64,000 nt of DNA from the human T2T-CHM13v2.0 reference genome, Homo sapiens, in NCBI RefSeq assembly GCF_009914755.1, contig NC_060927.1. One strand, 5' to 3'. Within the stretch, counting starts at the first letter, position 1. The number at the start of each line of letters is the position of its first letter. The translations under genes and the position numbers were made by a program. The notes under the pieces were generated by a model. It was not told where the DNA came from. It did no database searches and worked only from the letters and a program-made list of their open reading frames with translations. Positions 1-13,628 of the stretch are shown in pieces.

Positions 1-752
1 GCTTCCTTCAGGAGCTCTTTTAGAGCAGGCCTGGTGGTAACAAAATCTCTCAGCATTTGCTTGTCTGTAAAGTATTTTATTTCTCCTTCACTTATGAGGC
101 TTAGTTTGGCTGGATATGAAAATCTGGGTTGAAAATTCTTTTCTTTAGGAATGTTGAATATTGGCCCCCACTCTCTTCTGGCTTGTAGAGTTTCTGCCGA
201 GAGATCCACTGTTAGTCTGATGGGCTTCCCTTTGTGGGTAACCCGACCTTTCTCTCTGGCTGCCCTTAACATTTTTTCCTTCATTTCAACTTTGGCAAAT
301 CTGACAATTATGTGTGTTGGAGTTGCTCTTCTCGAGGAGTATCTTTGTGGCGTTCTCTGTATTTCCTGAATCTGAATGTTGGCCTGCCTTGCTAGATTGG
401 GGAAGTTCTCCTTTATAATATCCTGCAGAGTGTTTTCCAACTTGGTTCTATTCTCCCCGTCACTTTCAGGTAGGCCAATCAGACATAGATTTGGTCTTTT
501 CACATAGTCCCATATTTCTTGGATGCTTTGTTCATTTCTTTTTATTCTTTTTTCTGTAAACTTCCCTTCTCGCTTCATTTCATTCATTTCATCTTCCATC
601 ACTGATACCCTTTCTTCCAGTTGGTTGCATCGGCTCCTGAGGCTTCTGCATTCTTCACGTAGTTCTCGAGCCTTGGCTTTCAGCTCCATCAGCTCCTTTA
701 AGCACTTCTCTGTATTGGTTATTCTAGTTATACATTCGTCTAAATTTTTTTC
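1..752 (-). mobile_element. L1PA3-like LINE-1, 5'-truncated within ORF1; continues off the left edge of the window
   Basis: Collinear without gaps with 57811-58562 of the full-length L1 (60 mismatches in 750 by my count). Younger-subfamily coiled-coil sequence (cggctcctgaggcttctgcattcttcacg). Homology ends at ...taaattttttttc. Confidence 0.93.
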
Positions 753-759
753 TCTTTAT

Positions 760-1131
760 CAGTCTTCCTTGAAACTGGAAGACAGTCAGATGACCTAGGA
801 TTGGTCAATTACACTCAAGTCCTATATTTTGAATTAGAAATGAATGATATGAGGAAGCAAGGACCTCAGAGAAGCCCTTCCAGGAGTAATTGAGGAGGCA
901 GCAGTGCCTGGGTCAGCATCCCGTATCCTGCTCCTGTTGGGTCAGCGAGGCAGGCCTGCACATACACTTAATTTTGCATGATTCTATAATTTTGATAGCG
1001 TGCCCTAAGTTCTGGTTCTTTAGTCTGCTTCTAGTTACTGAAACTTAATCAATAACCTTTCAAAAATCATTTTCTGCTCAAATCAGCTGTATCTGGCTCC
1101 TGTTGCTTGCAAATAAGCACTTTCTTGATAT
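760..1131 (+). mobile_element. Degraded ancient ERVL-class LTR remnant
   Basis: 3' end aataaccttt...ttctgctcaaatcagctgtatctggctcctgttgcttgcaaataag...tgata resembles ERVL/MaLR LTR R-U5 ends. Family and left boundary uncertain. Confidence 0.35.
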
Positions 1132-1586
1132 CCACCTACATATCCAGGAAGGTATAATATATTCCTGTCAGGGACAAGAGCAGGAAAGCTTCCTGAGCAT
1201 CTGAGAGTGAGGAAAAAGAAGGAAGAATTGGAGCCAATTCTGCTTGTTTTAGAATTGTATTTGTAGCTGCCCGTTTTACATATCACATGCTAAACTTCAC
1301 CTCTCTTTACCCAATTACAGACACCTGAGGGGTAAACTCTGTGTTGGCAACCCAACAGCCCTCTGTGCTGGGCCACAGGCATCCCAGGATGTGAAAGACT
1401 TCCCTCAATGTCTTTGTTACTTGAGGCTACATCATTCCTCTCTTTGGAGATCAGCTTCTGTTGTGTGGGACAAAACGATGCGAAACCCGAACTCAAATAG
1501 AAAGATACAAAAATTAGCTACAGGTGTGCATGGCCCAGGGATGAAGTTGAGATTTCATGTAATGTGTCCTCTTTCTGTCATGACCT

Positions 1587-1626
1587 TGATGATGATGATA
1601 ATGATGATGATGATGATGATGACGAT
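1587..1626. repeat. (TGA)n trinucleotide microsatellite
   Basis: About 13 units with two interruptions; produces the spurious poly-Met in ORF 1391-1693. Confidence 0.95.
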
Positions 1627-1629
1627 AGC

Positions 1630-1825
1630 ATCAGTAACATTTATTGATTTTTTCCTAGATGAAGGGCATATCATCTTAATAACCATTTTTTAATCTCCAC
1701 TATGACCTAATGAAGTAAGCATTATATTATTTCAATATCCTCGAGGGTCAAAAAAATTAAGGAAGTTATTCTAGCTCACAACTGGGTGGTAGAACAACAA
1801 TGACTGGACACTGGATCTGCCTGAA
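1630..1825 (-). mobile_element. MIR SINE
   Basis: aacatttattga...aatctccactatgacctaatgaagtaagcattatattatt...gttattctagctcacaact matches the MIR antisense pattern. Confidence 0.5.
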
Positions 1826-3110
1826 TTATATTGTGTGAGCAGAGCCACTTACCTATTTCTGGCATATTGTAACTCAGAAGCTCTGGGGTTATTGTAGAGC
1901 AGCTGAGTGTGGTTGAACTAAGATGTCTTAATAGATAATATTAATATAAAGTAAATTACTTTAAAGTATCTTGGCATATATTGCGTTACTCTCATATCTG
2001 TCATTGGTTCTATTGGTAACTGTTGAGAAACTCATAACGTGAATCCTAATTCGGCCTCTAACTCATCGTTTATTTGACCTAATTGAGGCAATTATCTTTG
2101 TGTTGTTTTCTTTCCTACAGACATAAACTGAGCATCCAAAACATGCCCACCATCTTGTAAGTATATGCCATTAGTTTTATAGGTGCTCAATAAGATGGAG
2201 AAAGAGAAAAAGACACAAAAATACACCTCTCAGCATTTGAAATACAGTCATCAATTTTTGTGCCTTTTATATTGTCAGTTCCTTTTAACATTTACTAACA
2301 CCCACACAATTTATATTTTTAATAAAGCAATTTCCTTACCAAACATTTTACATTTGGTTATTAGTTATATTCTGGTATTCTAACAATAACACTAATAATT
2401 ATAAGCTGTTGAAAAATTCATCAGACCCTACATTTTTATCCCCACATCCTGAAAATAAAGTGGGAAATAAGGTAAAGAGTAGAAAATCTGCCTATGTTTT
2501 TCTTCGGATGACATGAGATGCTCACCTAATATCACTCCTTTAGCATTTTCTATTAAATTGTTCATTCTTTCCTGGGGGCATATGAACAGCTTCCATTACG
2601 GTAAATGTCAGTCTTGAGTGCAAACCTAGAAGAGGGCAAATGGAAAACTTTTAGACAATAAGTCAACTTTTCTTCAAAAGTTCAACCACTATACATTCCA
2701 TGGTGAAAATATTTCTATGTACAGATGAAACCTCTTAGGTTTGGGGAAATTTCAATAGCAGATAGTGATCCTGAGTACACCTAGTTCATTTCTCTCTGCT
2801 TTTCCCCCTTGTTACATTGAGATTAAAATCTGTAGCAGAATTACATATTAAGCAGTCTAGGAAATTGATATGACATTTGGTCTGAATCTCCAAAGTAAAT
2901 TTTAGATGAAGATGCTATGAAATTCACATAAGAAAAAATCATCAGAAATATTTTTATATTATCAAATGTACTGCAATAATGAAAGCAAATCCCACTTCTA
3001 GCTAATGAAACATGATTCTTTAGGTGATATTATATTGTGGCAGAAAAGGGATTTATGTCATCTATTGTTTCTATCCTAAAAATGCTAGAATGGGAGCAAA
3101 TAAGCCAAAT

Positions 3111-3244
3111 TAATTGTAATATATACATTGTAATTGTAATATATACATACATCTCTATAGGTGTATATATATACATATGTGTGTATATATGTATATACAA
3201 ATATATACACATATATATTGCATACACACATGTGCACACATATA
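3111..3244. repeat. (TA)n/(CA)n low-complexity tract preceded by a 20-bp tandem duplication
   Basis: taattgtaatatatacat at 3111 and 3131, followed by alternating purine-pyrimidine sequence. Confidence 0.9.
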
Positions 3245-4039
3245 AGTAAAATTTCAACTTGCATCCTCAGAGCAGGTTTTGTGGGGAAGATAGGATGTAA
3301 ACTGGGTAGGCTTCCAGCAGCTTTACTCGATTCTGACTTTAGGATAAAATCAAGCATTTCAACTGGTCAGTCAGTCTGACCTTGATGGAAAAGCATTCAT
3401 CTGGATGGAACACTATAATTAAACATGCAGTTGTAGAGATGCCCTGGCTGTATTATTCCAGTGCCTGGAAGGTATTGAAACATCTATTTTCTCTAGGAGA
3501 TGGAAAGGTATCTCAAGTGAAGTCTAAGTGTAATAAACAGAGGCCAGTGCTCTTTGTTGGGACATTGCTTTGATCCTATAACAAGTAACAATTTCATAAT
3601 CTGTTTAAGATTGTCTTTATCCAAGAGGGTTCTTAGCAATAGGAGTAGAAAAGAAAAGCCGCTCTTTCTGGGTTCTTGCTCTTTGTCTATGAACCAGAGA
3701 AGGTGCCAATAGATGAACCAGGTCACAGCTATCCACAGCAGGAGACAGGACGATTATTAACACTCAATCTACTGGAAAGTAAATGGAAGTCTAAAGAAAG
3801 ACTCCAAAGATTTCTATACCTTATATACTTGATACACCAAAAGTGTCGCCTCAGTGGATCCCTTCCCCCAAAATGCCAATATGTTTTTGCCAGTGTGTGA
3901 CAGAATCTGAGGGGTGAAATTAAGGAAAAGAATGGAAAGCTGCCTTAAGATTCTAGCTCTTTGAACAGGGAACAAACAATACGTTTTCAATAATCTTAGC
4001 AACCACACTTGTAATAATGACCATCAGAATAACTGCTGT

Positions 4040-4215
4040 TTTCTGCCATATGGTAAGAACACTACCAAACTTATTTTTTTCTTCAACTTTACAACTCAAA
4101 TTCTCTTATTATTTTCATTTTACAAATTAGGAAAGTGAAGCTCAGAGATACTGTCATTTGGCCAAGATCACACAGCTAGTAAGAGATAAGTCTGAACCCT
4201 TTTTGTTGGATACCA
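4040..4215 (-). mobile_element. MIR SINE
   Basis: cattttacaaattaggaaagtgaagctcagaga...tttggccaagatcacacagctagtaag is the MIR core, antisense. Confidence 0.75.
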
Positions 4216-4533
4216 AAGACCACAATTTTAGTCCTTCAGAATCTATCTCAGAGCATTTGAGTAAGTTAATTTTAAAAAGTCCTCCTAATCAGATTGATCA
4301 GGCCATTATATTAGGTTAAGCAAAGTGGGAAAATGGCATAAGAATATTTGAATTGTAAATACAAGAATTTACTTGCATCTAAGTTATCCACATAATATTT
4401 AGCTGATAGCTTCATGATTACAACAACTGAATGGAAATGAACATGTTTTGCTGTTTGGAATAAGATTGCCCATTGAGTAAAAATATATATTTATTCCTCA
4501 CCCAATATGACATGAGGTGCAGACGACATTGAG

Positions 4534-4547
4534 ATGCCATCTAGTAG
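4534..4547 (-). promoter_or_regulatory. Candidate CTCF motif
   Basis: Minus strand CTACTAGATGGCAT matches 12 of 14 positions of CCASYAGRKGGCRS. Motif match only. Confidence 0.35.
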
Positions 4548-5852
4548 TGCTCCTATGTAGTTCATCATGTCAGCCCAGCCAATAATTTTAAAATGTTTTG
4601 AGTCTATAATGAATGCACCCATAAAGCATATTTCTAATCAATGCAAATATTTTCCTATGCTAAACCCGAGTTAAATTATAACATGCAGCATAAGATTAAT
4701 GGGCCATTTTTTCTTCATCAGTTTGTTAAATTACTTAGTTTGGAAGCCATTCCAAAGGATGTGAATTGGAGCTGTGCTGTGCTGTTGCAATGAGATTCTG
4801 CTTTTTTGATGAAAGTATTCCCACGCCTGCCCCTTACTTCTAGCTTCTTAGGAAAGAAGGGAAAGTTTCTTCTGGTAAAAAGTAACATGTTTATGGGCTG
4901 GCTCATATAGTATGAATGAAAGAATTATGTGTCTTCTAAGCCAAGCCTGTTTTGGCATATAAAATAATTTTTACCTATCATTTCATAAAATGAACATTTG
5001 ATTTTCAGGTGAAGTCTTAGGTCATTTGACTCCTGGATCACTTTCATGAATAGATTTTGCTTGATATAACTTGTAACTCAATATATTAACTGCAATTCAG
5101 TCTGCCTAGCTGATGTGCATAATCTAAAATGCAAGTCCCTGCAGGGTAAGCATTGCACCTGCATCATCAGTGTGGCCTGATTTTGAGCTCAACGTCTAGC
5201 ATTTAGGAGATGTTCAATAAGTGGTAGTGAGGTTTGCTTTCCACTTTAGAGAGAGGCAGGGTATTCACTCACTCTTGTGTCTGGTGAACACTGGATACAA
5301 GAATCTTGCTACATTATTCTTCATTTCCCTTTGTGTGCAGGCTGAAGATTTTTTTTTCCTTCTTAAAATGCCTATCTCCACTTGTTTTCCTGGAAAATAA
5401 CTCTTCTTTCTTGAATTCTTAGTCCCATTGTTGACTGCTTGAGATTGCATTTATTACTTCCTCACAAAGAGAATTTATTTCGTCTTCAACTGTGCTCCAA
5501 CAATTGTGTGTGCATGTGAATGTATGTGTGTGCTCTATTACAACAGCTATCATATTGTATCATGGTTATTTGTTTGCCTAAGTGTTTGAATGATCAGAAA
5601 GAATTCTTGAGTGTGGTGTATTTCTGTTTGACAGTTATCCTGAGCAAATTACTCCAACACATAGTCGGTGCTCCTAGGATACTGGCTGAATTGAATTACA
5701 TTTTATTGCCAACATATAGACAATAATATCTCATTGTTCTTTTGAATTCCAGCTGGGAAATCAGCTGGAAATGAACCCTAAAAGTTCTGTACCTCATACT
5801 ATTGAACAGCTTCTTTAGTTATTGTGTATGGGAAGCAGTACTGCTTGTCCTG

Positions 5853-6029
5853 CTAGTTCTCAAAGTGTGGTACTCAGACCAGCACATCAGCATCACTGGG
5901 GAATTGCAAATTCTTGGGCCTTGCCCTAGACGGAAAGAGTCAGGGACTCTGGGATTGAGCCCCAGTGTCTGTGTTTTAACAAATGCTCCAGGTGACTTCA
6001 ATGCCTACTCAAGTTTAAGAACCACCAGT
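5853..6029. mobile_element. MER5A hAT-Charlie MITE
   Basis: Termini ctagttctcaaagtgtgg ... caagtttaagaaccaccag; internal tgcaaattcttgggcc and tgtgttttaacaa are typical of MER5A. Confidence 0.85.
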
Positions 6030-6049
6030 TTAGATCTAGAGCTTAAGCT

Positions 6050-6242
6050 TTAAGCTTGGAGCAGACCTGACTCTTAAACTCCACTCAGCCATTAGAGTGA
6101 CCTTGAGCAAGTTACTCCTGGTACCTTCTCACCATTTTTGTGTCTTGCTTAGCTTATTGGGATAATTACATTAGATTAGTGCATTCAGGAGAGTGCCTGA
6201 AACACAGTACGTGTTCAATAAATGCTAGCTGTTACCATTATC
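6050..6242 (+). mobile_element. MIR SINE
   Basis: gtgaccttgagcaagttac...gagtgcctgaaacacagtacgtgttcaataaatgctagctgtt. Confidence 0.7.
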
Positions 6243-6344
6243 ATCGTTCAGAATGTATTAACTCATCCTGAAGACACATTTCACATAAAGGTAATAATGT
6301 GGTTTGTAAAATTAGCAGCTTAGAAGAAATGTATTAAGAAGTTC

Positions 6345-6775
6345 ATCAAACAAGGTTTCAGCAGGAAATCTGTGGTACTCTGAAAAGGGCAATTTGAGCA
6401 GGATGTAGGGAAACAGAGATAGTGTAGCATTAGTGGGTCAGCAAAAGCTTGGCCACTTTTATCACTCTTGGTCTAGCAGGGAAGGAGAAGAAAGGCACTG
6501 CTGGAGAGTGGGGGCCTCCCCATAGAGGCTGTGGCCTTAAGTTGAGGGATGCCGCCATCCATCACTCAGCAACTTGGCAGGGAGGAAACCAAAGGAATAA
6601 ACACCTGACCTCACTCTTCTTTCACCTTTTCTCTCATCTCCCATGGGTGTTCTCCATTGGTGAACCCAGTGAGAAGCTAGAAGGCAAGGACATCCATCAA
6701 GTTAGGCCATGCGAGACATCCAGGGCACAGAGCTGGATGGAGAAAGAATTCGAAAGGGCTGATAGGATATATATT
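6345..6775 (-). mobile_element. LTR33-like ERVL solo LTR
   Basis: cagcaggaaa...gggcaatttgag...tgtagggaaacagagatagtgtagc...ctccattggtgaacccagtgagaagctagaaggcaagg...cagggcacagagc resembles LTR33 antisense. Confidence 0.65.
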
Positions 6776-7305
6776 GTCAGCTGTAAAATCACTTGTCGTT
6801 CTCATGTGATGGCCATTACAGAAACAGAGAGAGACAAGTAGTTAGTGCTTATTTGGCAGACCCAGAAAGCTTCAGGGTAGAACTGGCATTTGAATTGGGC
6901 GTGAAAGGAAAATTTGGGTTTTAATGATGACTATGAAGTAGGGATTGGTGAGAGACCAAGGACGAAAGAGTGTCATTCCAAATAGAGATAAAGCAATGGC
7001 ACAAAGACAAAAAAAAAAAAAAAAAGGCAGGGCAGAGCACGTGGTAGAAACAGTGAATGTTCTGTGTGTGACTGAGCAGAAATGGAACAGGCAGAGGCTG
7101 GAAGTTAAGATAAAGTCAATATTTGAATAACATCAGAGTTCCCTCCTTTAACCTCAATTTCCACCTTCTACTCTCTTCACCAAGACTAGGAAAATAAAAG
7201 TGAACTTAAATTGGGGGCCAAGGATGACAGTGTCAAGAAAAAGATACCTCCCAAAAATAGGTTGGCTGAGGTTACCTATTTTGGCTATTTTTTTTGGAGG
7301 GGTAC

Positions 7306-7443
7306 CAGGTGTGGTGGTACCAACCTCCCAGCTACTCTGGAGGCGAAGGCAGGAAGATCACTTGAGCCCAGGAGCTATGATTGCACCTCTGCACTACAGG
7401 GCAGCAGTATGAGATTCTATCTCAAAAAAACAAAAAAAAAAAA
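7306..7443 (+). mobile_element. Old Alu monomer (FRAM/AluJ right arm) with internal deletion
   Basis: ccaggtgtggtgg...cccagctactc...gatcacttgagcccaggag...atctcaaaaaa followed by an A-tail. Confidence 0.85.
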
Positions 7444-7504
7444 TGAAGAAAGAAAAGAAAAGAGCACTGGAGCACTGATAAGACCTTGGTGAAGCTGGGT
7501 GCAT

Positions 7505-7705
7505 GACTGGTGGTATTGCCACAGTAGAGTATGGGCAAGTGGTTGTGACAAATTCAGGCTGGGTTCTTGACTCTTGACTTCCATCAATTTACTTAAATGC
7601 TCTAGGTTTCCATATTGCAATCAGTAAAATAGGGGCAAAATCTAGCTTCCTCAAGTGTTGCTGTGAGGATCTAATAAGAAATAGAGGTAAGAGTTGAGTC
7701 CAGTA
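7505..7705 (+). mobile_element. MIR SINE
   Basis: ctgggttcttgactcttgactt...gtaaaataggg...gtgttgctgtgaggatctaataag. Confidence 0.6.
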
Positions 7706-9923
7706 ATGAAGTCGGAAAACACATGAGCTAAGGTGATAATGATCATAATAAGAATAATAGCTATCATCCATTGAATGCTTGTTATATCCCTGATACTGTG
7801 CTAGTTCTTTTACATATCTTTTCTCACTTAGTTTTATCTATTTCTATAGGGAAGACCCAATTGATGACTCATTAATGAGGAAAGTATCAAAGTGAAAATG
7901 TACTAGGAAATTAATTCTTAATGAATCTGTCAGCTTTTTATTACAGGGCATGTAAAATATCTGACAAAGAGCTGGGCATAAAATACTTAATTGGACAACT
8001 TTTGATAAAATATTAACTTAATAAGCATAAATAGGTTGAGGATTTTTGGAGGGCATGTGATAATAATAGTATTAGTGTGATGTCTTTTGAAAGTGCTAAG
8101 TTCTCTAGAGGTCAAAAGGAGAGGCAGGAAAAGGTGAAAAGTTTTCTCTGAAAGTTATGGGGAAACCAGGTTGTTAAGACAACAAAATGGGAAGTCGTAA
8201 AAGGTCAAGTTACTCATAGGCCTTCTTAAAATAGGTCCATGAGAAATGTTTACAGTGATTGGATGCCAGAGAAAAAGAAAATCTCTGGCTTCATAAACTG
8301 TAATTTATTTTAGACAAACTGACTAATGATAAAAATAAAGACAATATGATGGACTTTTGACAGTTTCATTGACCAAACTAAGACTAAAAAGCCTAAACAT
8401 CAAGATGTTCATACTTTTAATCAACTTCAGAGGTGAGCAAAGAGAACATCTGAAAAGTTAAGGGGCTTTTATCCAAGGTCACACATTTAATTAGAGGTGT
8501 GTGTGTGACATAAACCCATTTCTAAAATTCTCAAGTCAGTATCTTTACAGAAGTCAAATACGTCTTTGTCAAAAATAGCTTTAACTTACTTCCAGGAAAA
8601 AGGCAAAACAAAATAATTGGAGCAATAATGGATACAGATATAACAGCTAATTCAAGAATCCCAAAATAAAGGTGAAAAGTAAGGAAATTATTAGTTAAGA
8701 TAATCTGGAAGTCTACTAAAAGGGGAATATGTTTAGAGATGGCAATTTGGGAACAATGTGTCCTCAAAAGTAAAAGATCAAATTACAAGCAGTTTGGGGA
8801 CCTTTAAGAGAGATTTTATAGATTGAACAACAATTTAAGAATAAAACAAGGGGCTGACATGTGAACAGCAGCCTGGAAAGTGTTGCAGAAAAGCCACATC
8901 ACTCTAAACTTCAGTTTCTGTATATTTGGACTGACTGGAGGGCGTGAAATCAGTTGTTTTAAAAGCACAATAAATAATCCAACCATCTGGCGAATAATAC
9001 AAGCTATTCTTTGCACAGACGTTAATTTATGCACTTAGACACCACTTAAAACTAAAATTGAACAAAATACATAATCTTGATATTATTATATAAAAAAAGG
9101 AAAGATAACCTTTGCCCTGAATAGGCAGGATAAAGATGAGGGCAAAGATATTCAGAAGGAGAGTATTCTTGAAAAAAATTATATTAACATCTGTTAGCTA
9201 CATCAGATTTGAAATGCGATGATATACAGAAAGAGAAGTCTACTATTGATTTTTAAAAGGGAATGTGTTGGCTGAAAGAGAGAAGAAGCTTATAGAGAGA
9301 CCGAAAGGGTTCTTTTAAGGATATATTTGAATGTCATTTCAAAAAATAAACACATTTCCCATAACAATGCAGTGAGGTTAAAAGAATAATGCAGGTGAAA
9401 GCTTTTTGGCCCAAATAAGGTCCATCAGGGCTAGGTATTATTGTTTAACACACCACGACCTAGCCCTGCAAGCACCAGGCTGTGGCTATTTTTACAAGAT
9501 CCAGTGCAACATTCACAGTATTTCTGGCATTAGAACCTGGCACAGATCATTTTGTTTGCATTTTTGTGATGCCTGCTCTACTCAGATTGAATAACCCCTC
9601 ATTTAAAAAACTGGAAAATAGTTTTCTTCATTTAGTTTATTCTCCAGGTTGAGTTTTCCTAACTCTTAGAGCTCTAAAATTAATGATTGGATGTATATTA
9701 CATTTACATTTGTTTTTATTTAGGAGTTAGCCAGGGGTGACAATGTAATTAAATAAGAGTTAATGACAGATGCCAAAATATGAATAATTAACAGACAAGT
9801 TATTTTAATCATACATATTATACAACAAGATCCATCTGAGAAGTACAAATATTAATAGATATAATTTGGTTGCTTAAAAAGAGTTTTTCTTCCTACCAGT
9901 TTAGCAATAAGAAGATTTATGTA

Positions 9924-10365
<442 letters not shown>

Positions 10366-11459
10366 TTAACTTTGTGTTGACTAGTATTTTTGTTATTTTT
10401 AAATTTTTATTTTAGCTTTAATCTTTTTTGCTTCCATTTATCTTTTTATTTAGGAATAATGTATTTTTCTAAGCATCATAATATCAGTGAAGTCCTCTTA
10501 AGTTTCTATTTGTTGAACTCTCCTTGACTATACATTTTTGTATGTTTTTAATTTTCTACATGTTTGATAAGAACTTGTCTGTCTTAAGAACTTTTTTTTA
10601 TTTGCCCTATGAAGATAAGATGTATGGGGATTTCCTTGAGCTTAAACTGAGAAAAAAACCTAATTTTTATATGAAAAGACAAAGACTTTATTACGAAGTG
10701 AGTTAATGTTATATGTACATTTGAAATAATTTATTCACTTCAACCAGACCACCCTGTTCCTAACCTAACCTCCGGATTAATGTCTACCGTGAAGCACATA
10801 CTTCTAATACATGGCATTGCCTTGTATTACTTCAGGTCCACAGAAATTTGTTTTGTCTTCTGGCAAAAAAGCATTAGCTTTTTGCACAATTTTTTAAAAT
10901 GACAGCTATCCAAATTGCAAGCTGGAAGATTGTGTATGAATACAGAAAATGAAAAATTTTAGGCAACCACAATGTCTGGGTTAAACCTTTTTATCATTTG
11001 GAGAAAGAATTTGGAACCCAAAGCCCAAATTTATAGATTTTTAATGTTATTGAAGTATATTCCTCCATTTTATAGATAAAAATTTGAGTTACAGAAAATC
11101 CAAGTTAAATAAGTTTAACGTTTAGAACTAAGAGTCAACTTGCCCCAGACACCTGAATAAACTTGTTCTATTATCTCTTAAATTACTATTGTGTCCTGTA
11201 GTCTATTAATTACAAATGCTTCTAAGATTTAGTCTTTCAAAGACTTTTATAAGAAAACAAAAATATATTATTTCTGAAAGCAAAACATAATTGTCTAGCC
11301 AGATCTGCAGACTATTAAGATAATTTGGAGTGTCATCCAAGCAGTGTCTACTTGTTTATTCTTGACCTTCAATTTGACTTGCTCAAGAGTCGTTAAGAGT
11401 GTAGTAAGGTATAGTATGTACCCTTGAGTTTATTAAACAACACGATCACAAACAGACTC

Positions 11460-11461
<2 letters not shown>

Positions 11462-11491
<30 letters not shown>
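11462..11491. repeat. (CA)n microsatellite
   Basis: About 15 uninterrupted AC units. Confidence 0.97.
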
Positions 11492-11493
<2 letters not shown>

Positions 11494-12919
11494 CTACTCT
11501 AGAGAATGGAATTTTAAGGGTTAGAACTTTTTATATGTTTTGGATACAGATGGACTATTATTTACTTGGCATGCTAACTAATGATTCTAAAACAATTAAA
11601 AACCAGCCTCTATCTTAAAAGCTGATTTCTATTTGCTTTCTTTGCATGGGTGACATGAGAACAATGATGATATATTTATAATGCTTATAAGTCTTAACAC
11701 ATTGTGCATCTTTATTTTGTTTTTAGGATACTTAGACAAATTGGACCATATACCTTATTAATATTACCCTATCAACAATGTATATGATCCATCTATTTCC
11801 CAATATTTTATAGGGTTTTTTTTTTTTGGTCTTCCCATTCCTGTGCCAGCTTAATTCCTTTTTTCTCTCCTATGTAGCATTATTGCATTCTTTGAGTCAC
11901 TTCACATGCAATCTCCCAACTCATCTCTAATATTTATTTGTATGGATTTTTGAAAAACTGCCTGGATTGTTTTGTGATTCCTAATTTGTACAAAATAGTA
12001 GTGACTACAAATCACATCCTAGGTCTTAATTTTTCATGATATAATTATAGTTTTAAAATACATCTCTGTTGCTGCATATGAACTTAATTTATTGCTTCTG
12101 ACACCATCTCACATTTTCACATAAGTTAATACCAAGTTTTACTTATCCATTACCCTAGTGATGAGAACGTAGGCTGTTCTCAACATTTCACTTCCATTAT
12201 AAAGCAATTATCAACTCTTTTTACATGTCCCCTCTAGGAACAGGCAGTTTCTCTCTGGTTTATACTCAGATATAGAATGGCTAAGGTAGAAGTTGTATAC
12301 GTACTTTAATTCACGAATTATTCCCCAGAATAGCTTCACCATTTATCTCTCACTAGCAGTTTCTCTTTAACCGTATCCTTAACCAACAAATAATATTAGT
12401 TCACATTTTAACTCTTGGAAATCTGGCATATAGAAATTCACATGTAATTTTTGTTTTAATTCCACATTTTTGTGATGCTAATGAGGTTGAGTCTTCATAT
12501 ACAATATTGCCATTTCTATTTTCCCATCTGTGAATTGCTCATCCATGACCTGTGCTCATTTTTCTAATAAATGTTATGTGTTTTCATTTAGATTTGTAGG
12601 TGTTCGTTTATGTTCAGATATAAATCCATTATTGATTTTTTAATGTTGTATATATCGTCTACGTGTCACTTCTTTTTAAATCTGACTTTGGCTCCATTTG
12701 TTGTACATAAATCTATAATTTTAATGTAGCCAAATTCATCCATTTTGCTTATACAATATATGCTTTTATTTGTTTTTTTAAAAAAATCTATTTTATTCCT
12801 TACTCTGAAATCACAAAGATATTTGTTTGTAGTTTTTTATTCTCTCTAAATTTTGTCTTTGACATTTAGATATTAAACTAATTGAATTTTAGTTTCAGAC
12901 ACTGTGCAGGATTGTATTT

Positions 12920-13100
12920 ATAGTATTTAGTAGAATGATCTCTGAGGAAAAACTGTATGGGTTTAAGTCTCAGTTCTGCCACATACTTCTTAGGTTAGTC
13001 ATTCTACTCTCATGCTTCAGTTTTCTCACCTGTAAAGTAGGATACTAGTTTGTGTCTCATAGGATTTCTTTGTGAAAATTCAGCAAGCTATATAAGACAG
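12920..13100 (+). mobile_element. MIR SINE inserted in L1ME
   Basis: gggtttaagtctcagttctgccac...cttcagttttctcacctgtaaagtagg...ctcataggatt. Confidence 0.7.
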
Positions 13101-13333
13101 TGCAATATAAGTTGTATCGTTAGGTTAGGATTCAGCTCTGTGTCTCTTTATATAATGAACCTCTTTCCCCAAAGTTGGTAATTCAACGTTCTCAACAGGA
13201 CTATGATGCTACCTCTTTTGTGTACTTCCTATCTTTATATAGTTCTATTTCTAGACCATCTGTTTAGTTGCATTTTCCATTTCTCACAACAGGACCACAA
13301 TGTTTTTAATCATCATGACTTCCTTATGTGTGT

Positions 13334-13628
13334 TTTTTTTTTCTTTTGAGATGAGGTCTCAGTCTGTTGCCCAGGCTGTAGTGCAGTGATGCCATCTTGG
13401 TTCACTGCAGCCTTTACCTCCTGAGCTCAAGTTATCCTCCACCTTCAGTCTCCCAAATAATTAGAACTACAGGCACATAGCACCCTCCTTGGATAATTTG
13501 TGTATTTTTTCTGTAGAGACTGGGTCTTGCTATGTTGCCCAGGCTGCTCTTCAACTCTTGGCCTCAATTCTCCTGTCCCGGCTGCCCAAATCGCTGGGAT
13601 TAGAGGCACAAGCTATCACACTTGGCTC
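13334..13628 (-). mobile_element. AluJ
   Basis: T-tail then gagatgaggtctc...cactgcagcctttacctcctgagctcaag...ctatgttgcccaggctg (J-type diagnostics). Confidence 0.92.

Noticed and set aside
1391-1693. 100-aa ORF with a poly-Met run
   Set aside because: Artefact of the (TGA)n microsatellite and adjacent MIR.
3030-3379. Four overlapping Tyr/Ile-rich ORFs
   Set aside because: Stop-free low-complexity (TA/CA)n tract.
3698-3778. Possible exon (cag/AGAAGGTGCC...GAAA/gtaaat) within ORF 3676-3900
   Set aside because: Weak donor, unrecognised peptide and no partner exons.
5747-5770. 9-bp inverted repeat containing two CAGCTG E-boxes
   Set aside because: Short and isolated; the 6-bp spacing does not match the 5-bp double E-box I know, so chance is likely.
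6031-6057. Polylinker-like run of restriction palindromes (AGATCT, TCTAGA, CTTAAG, AAGCTT twice)
   Set aside because: Sits at the MER5A/MIR junction. hAT-Charlie elements prefer TCTAGA-like targets, and a 7-bp slip explains the double HindIII site. No vector sequence nearby.
6449-6841. 130-aa ORF
   Set aside because: Lies in an LTR33-like repeat, starts at a non-ATG codon and has no recognisable domain.
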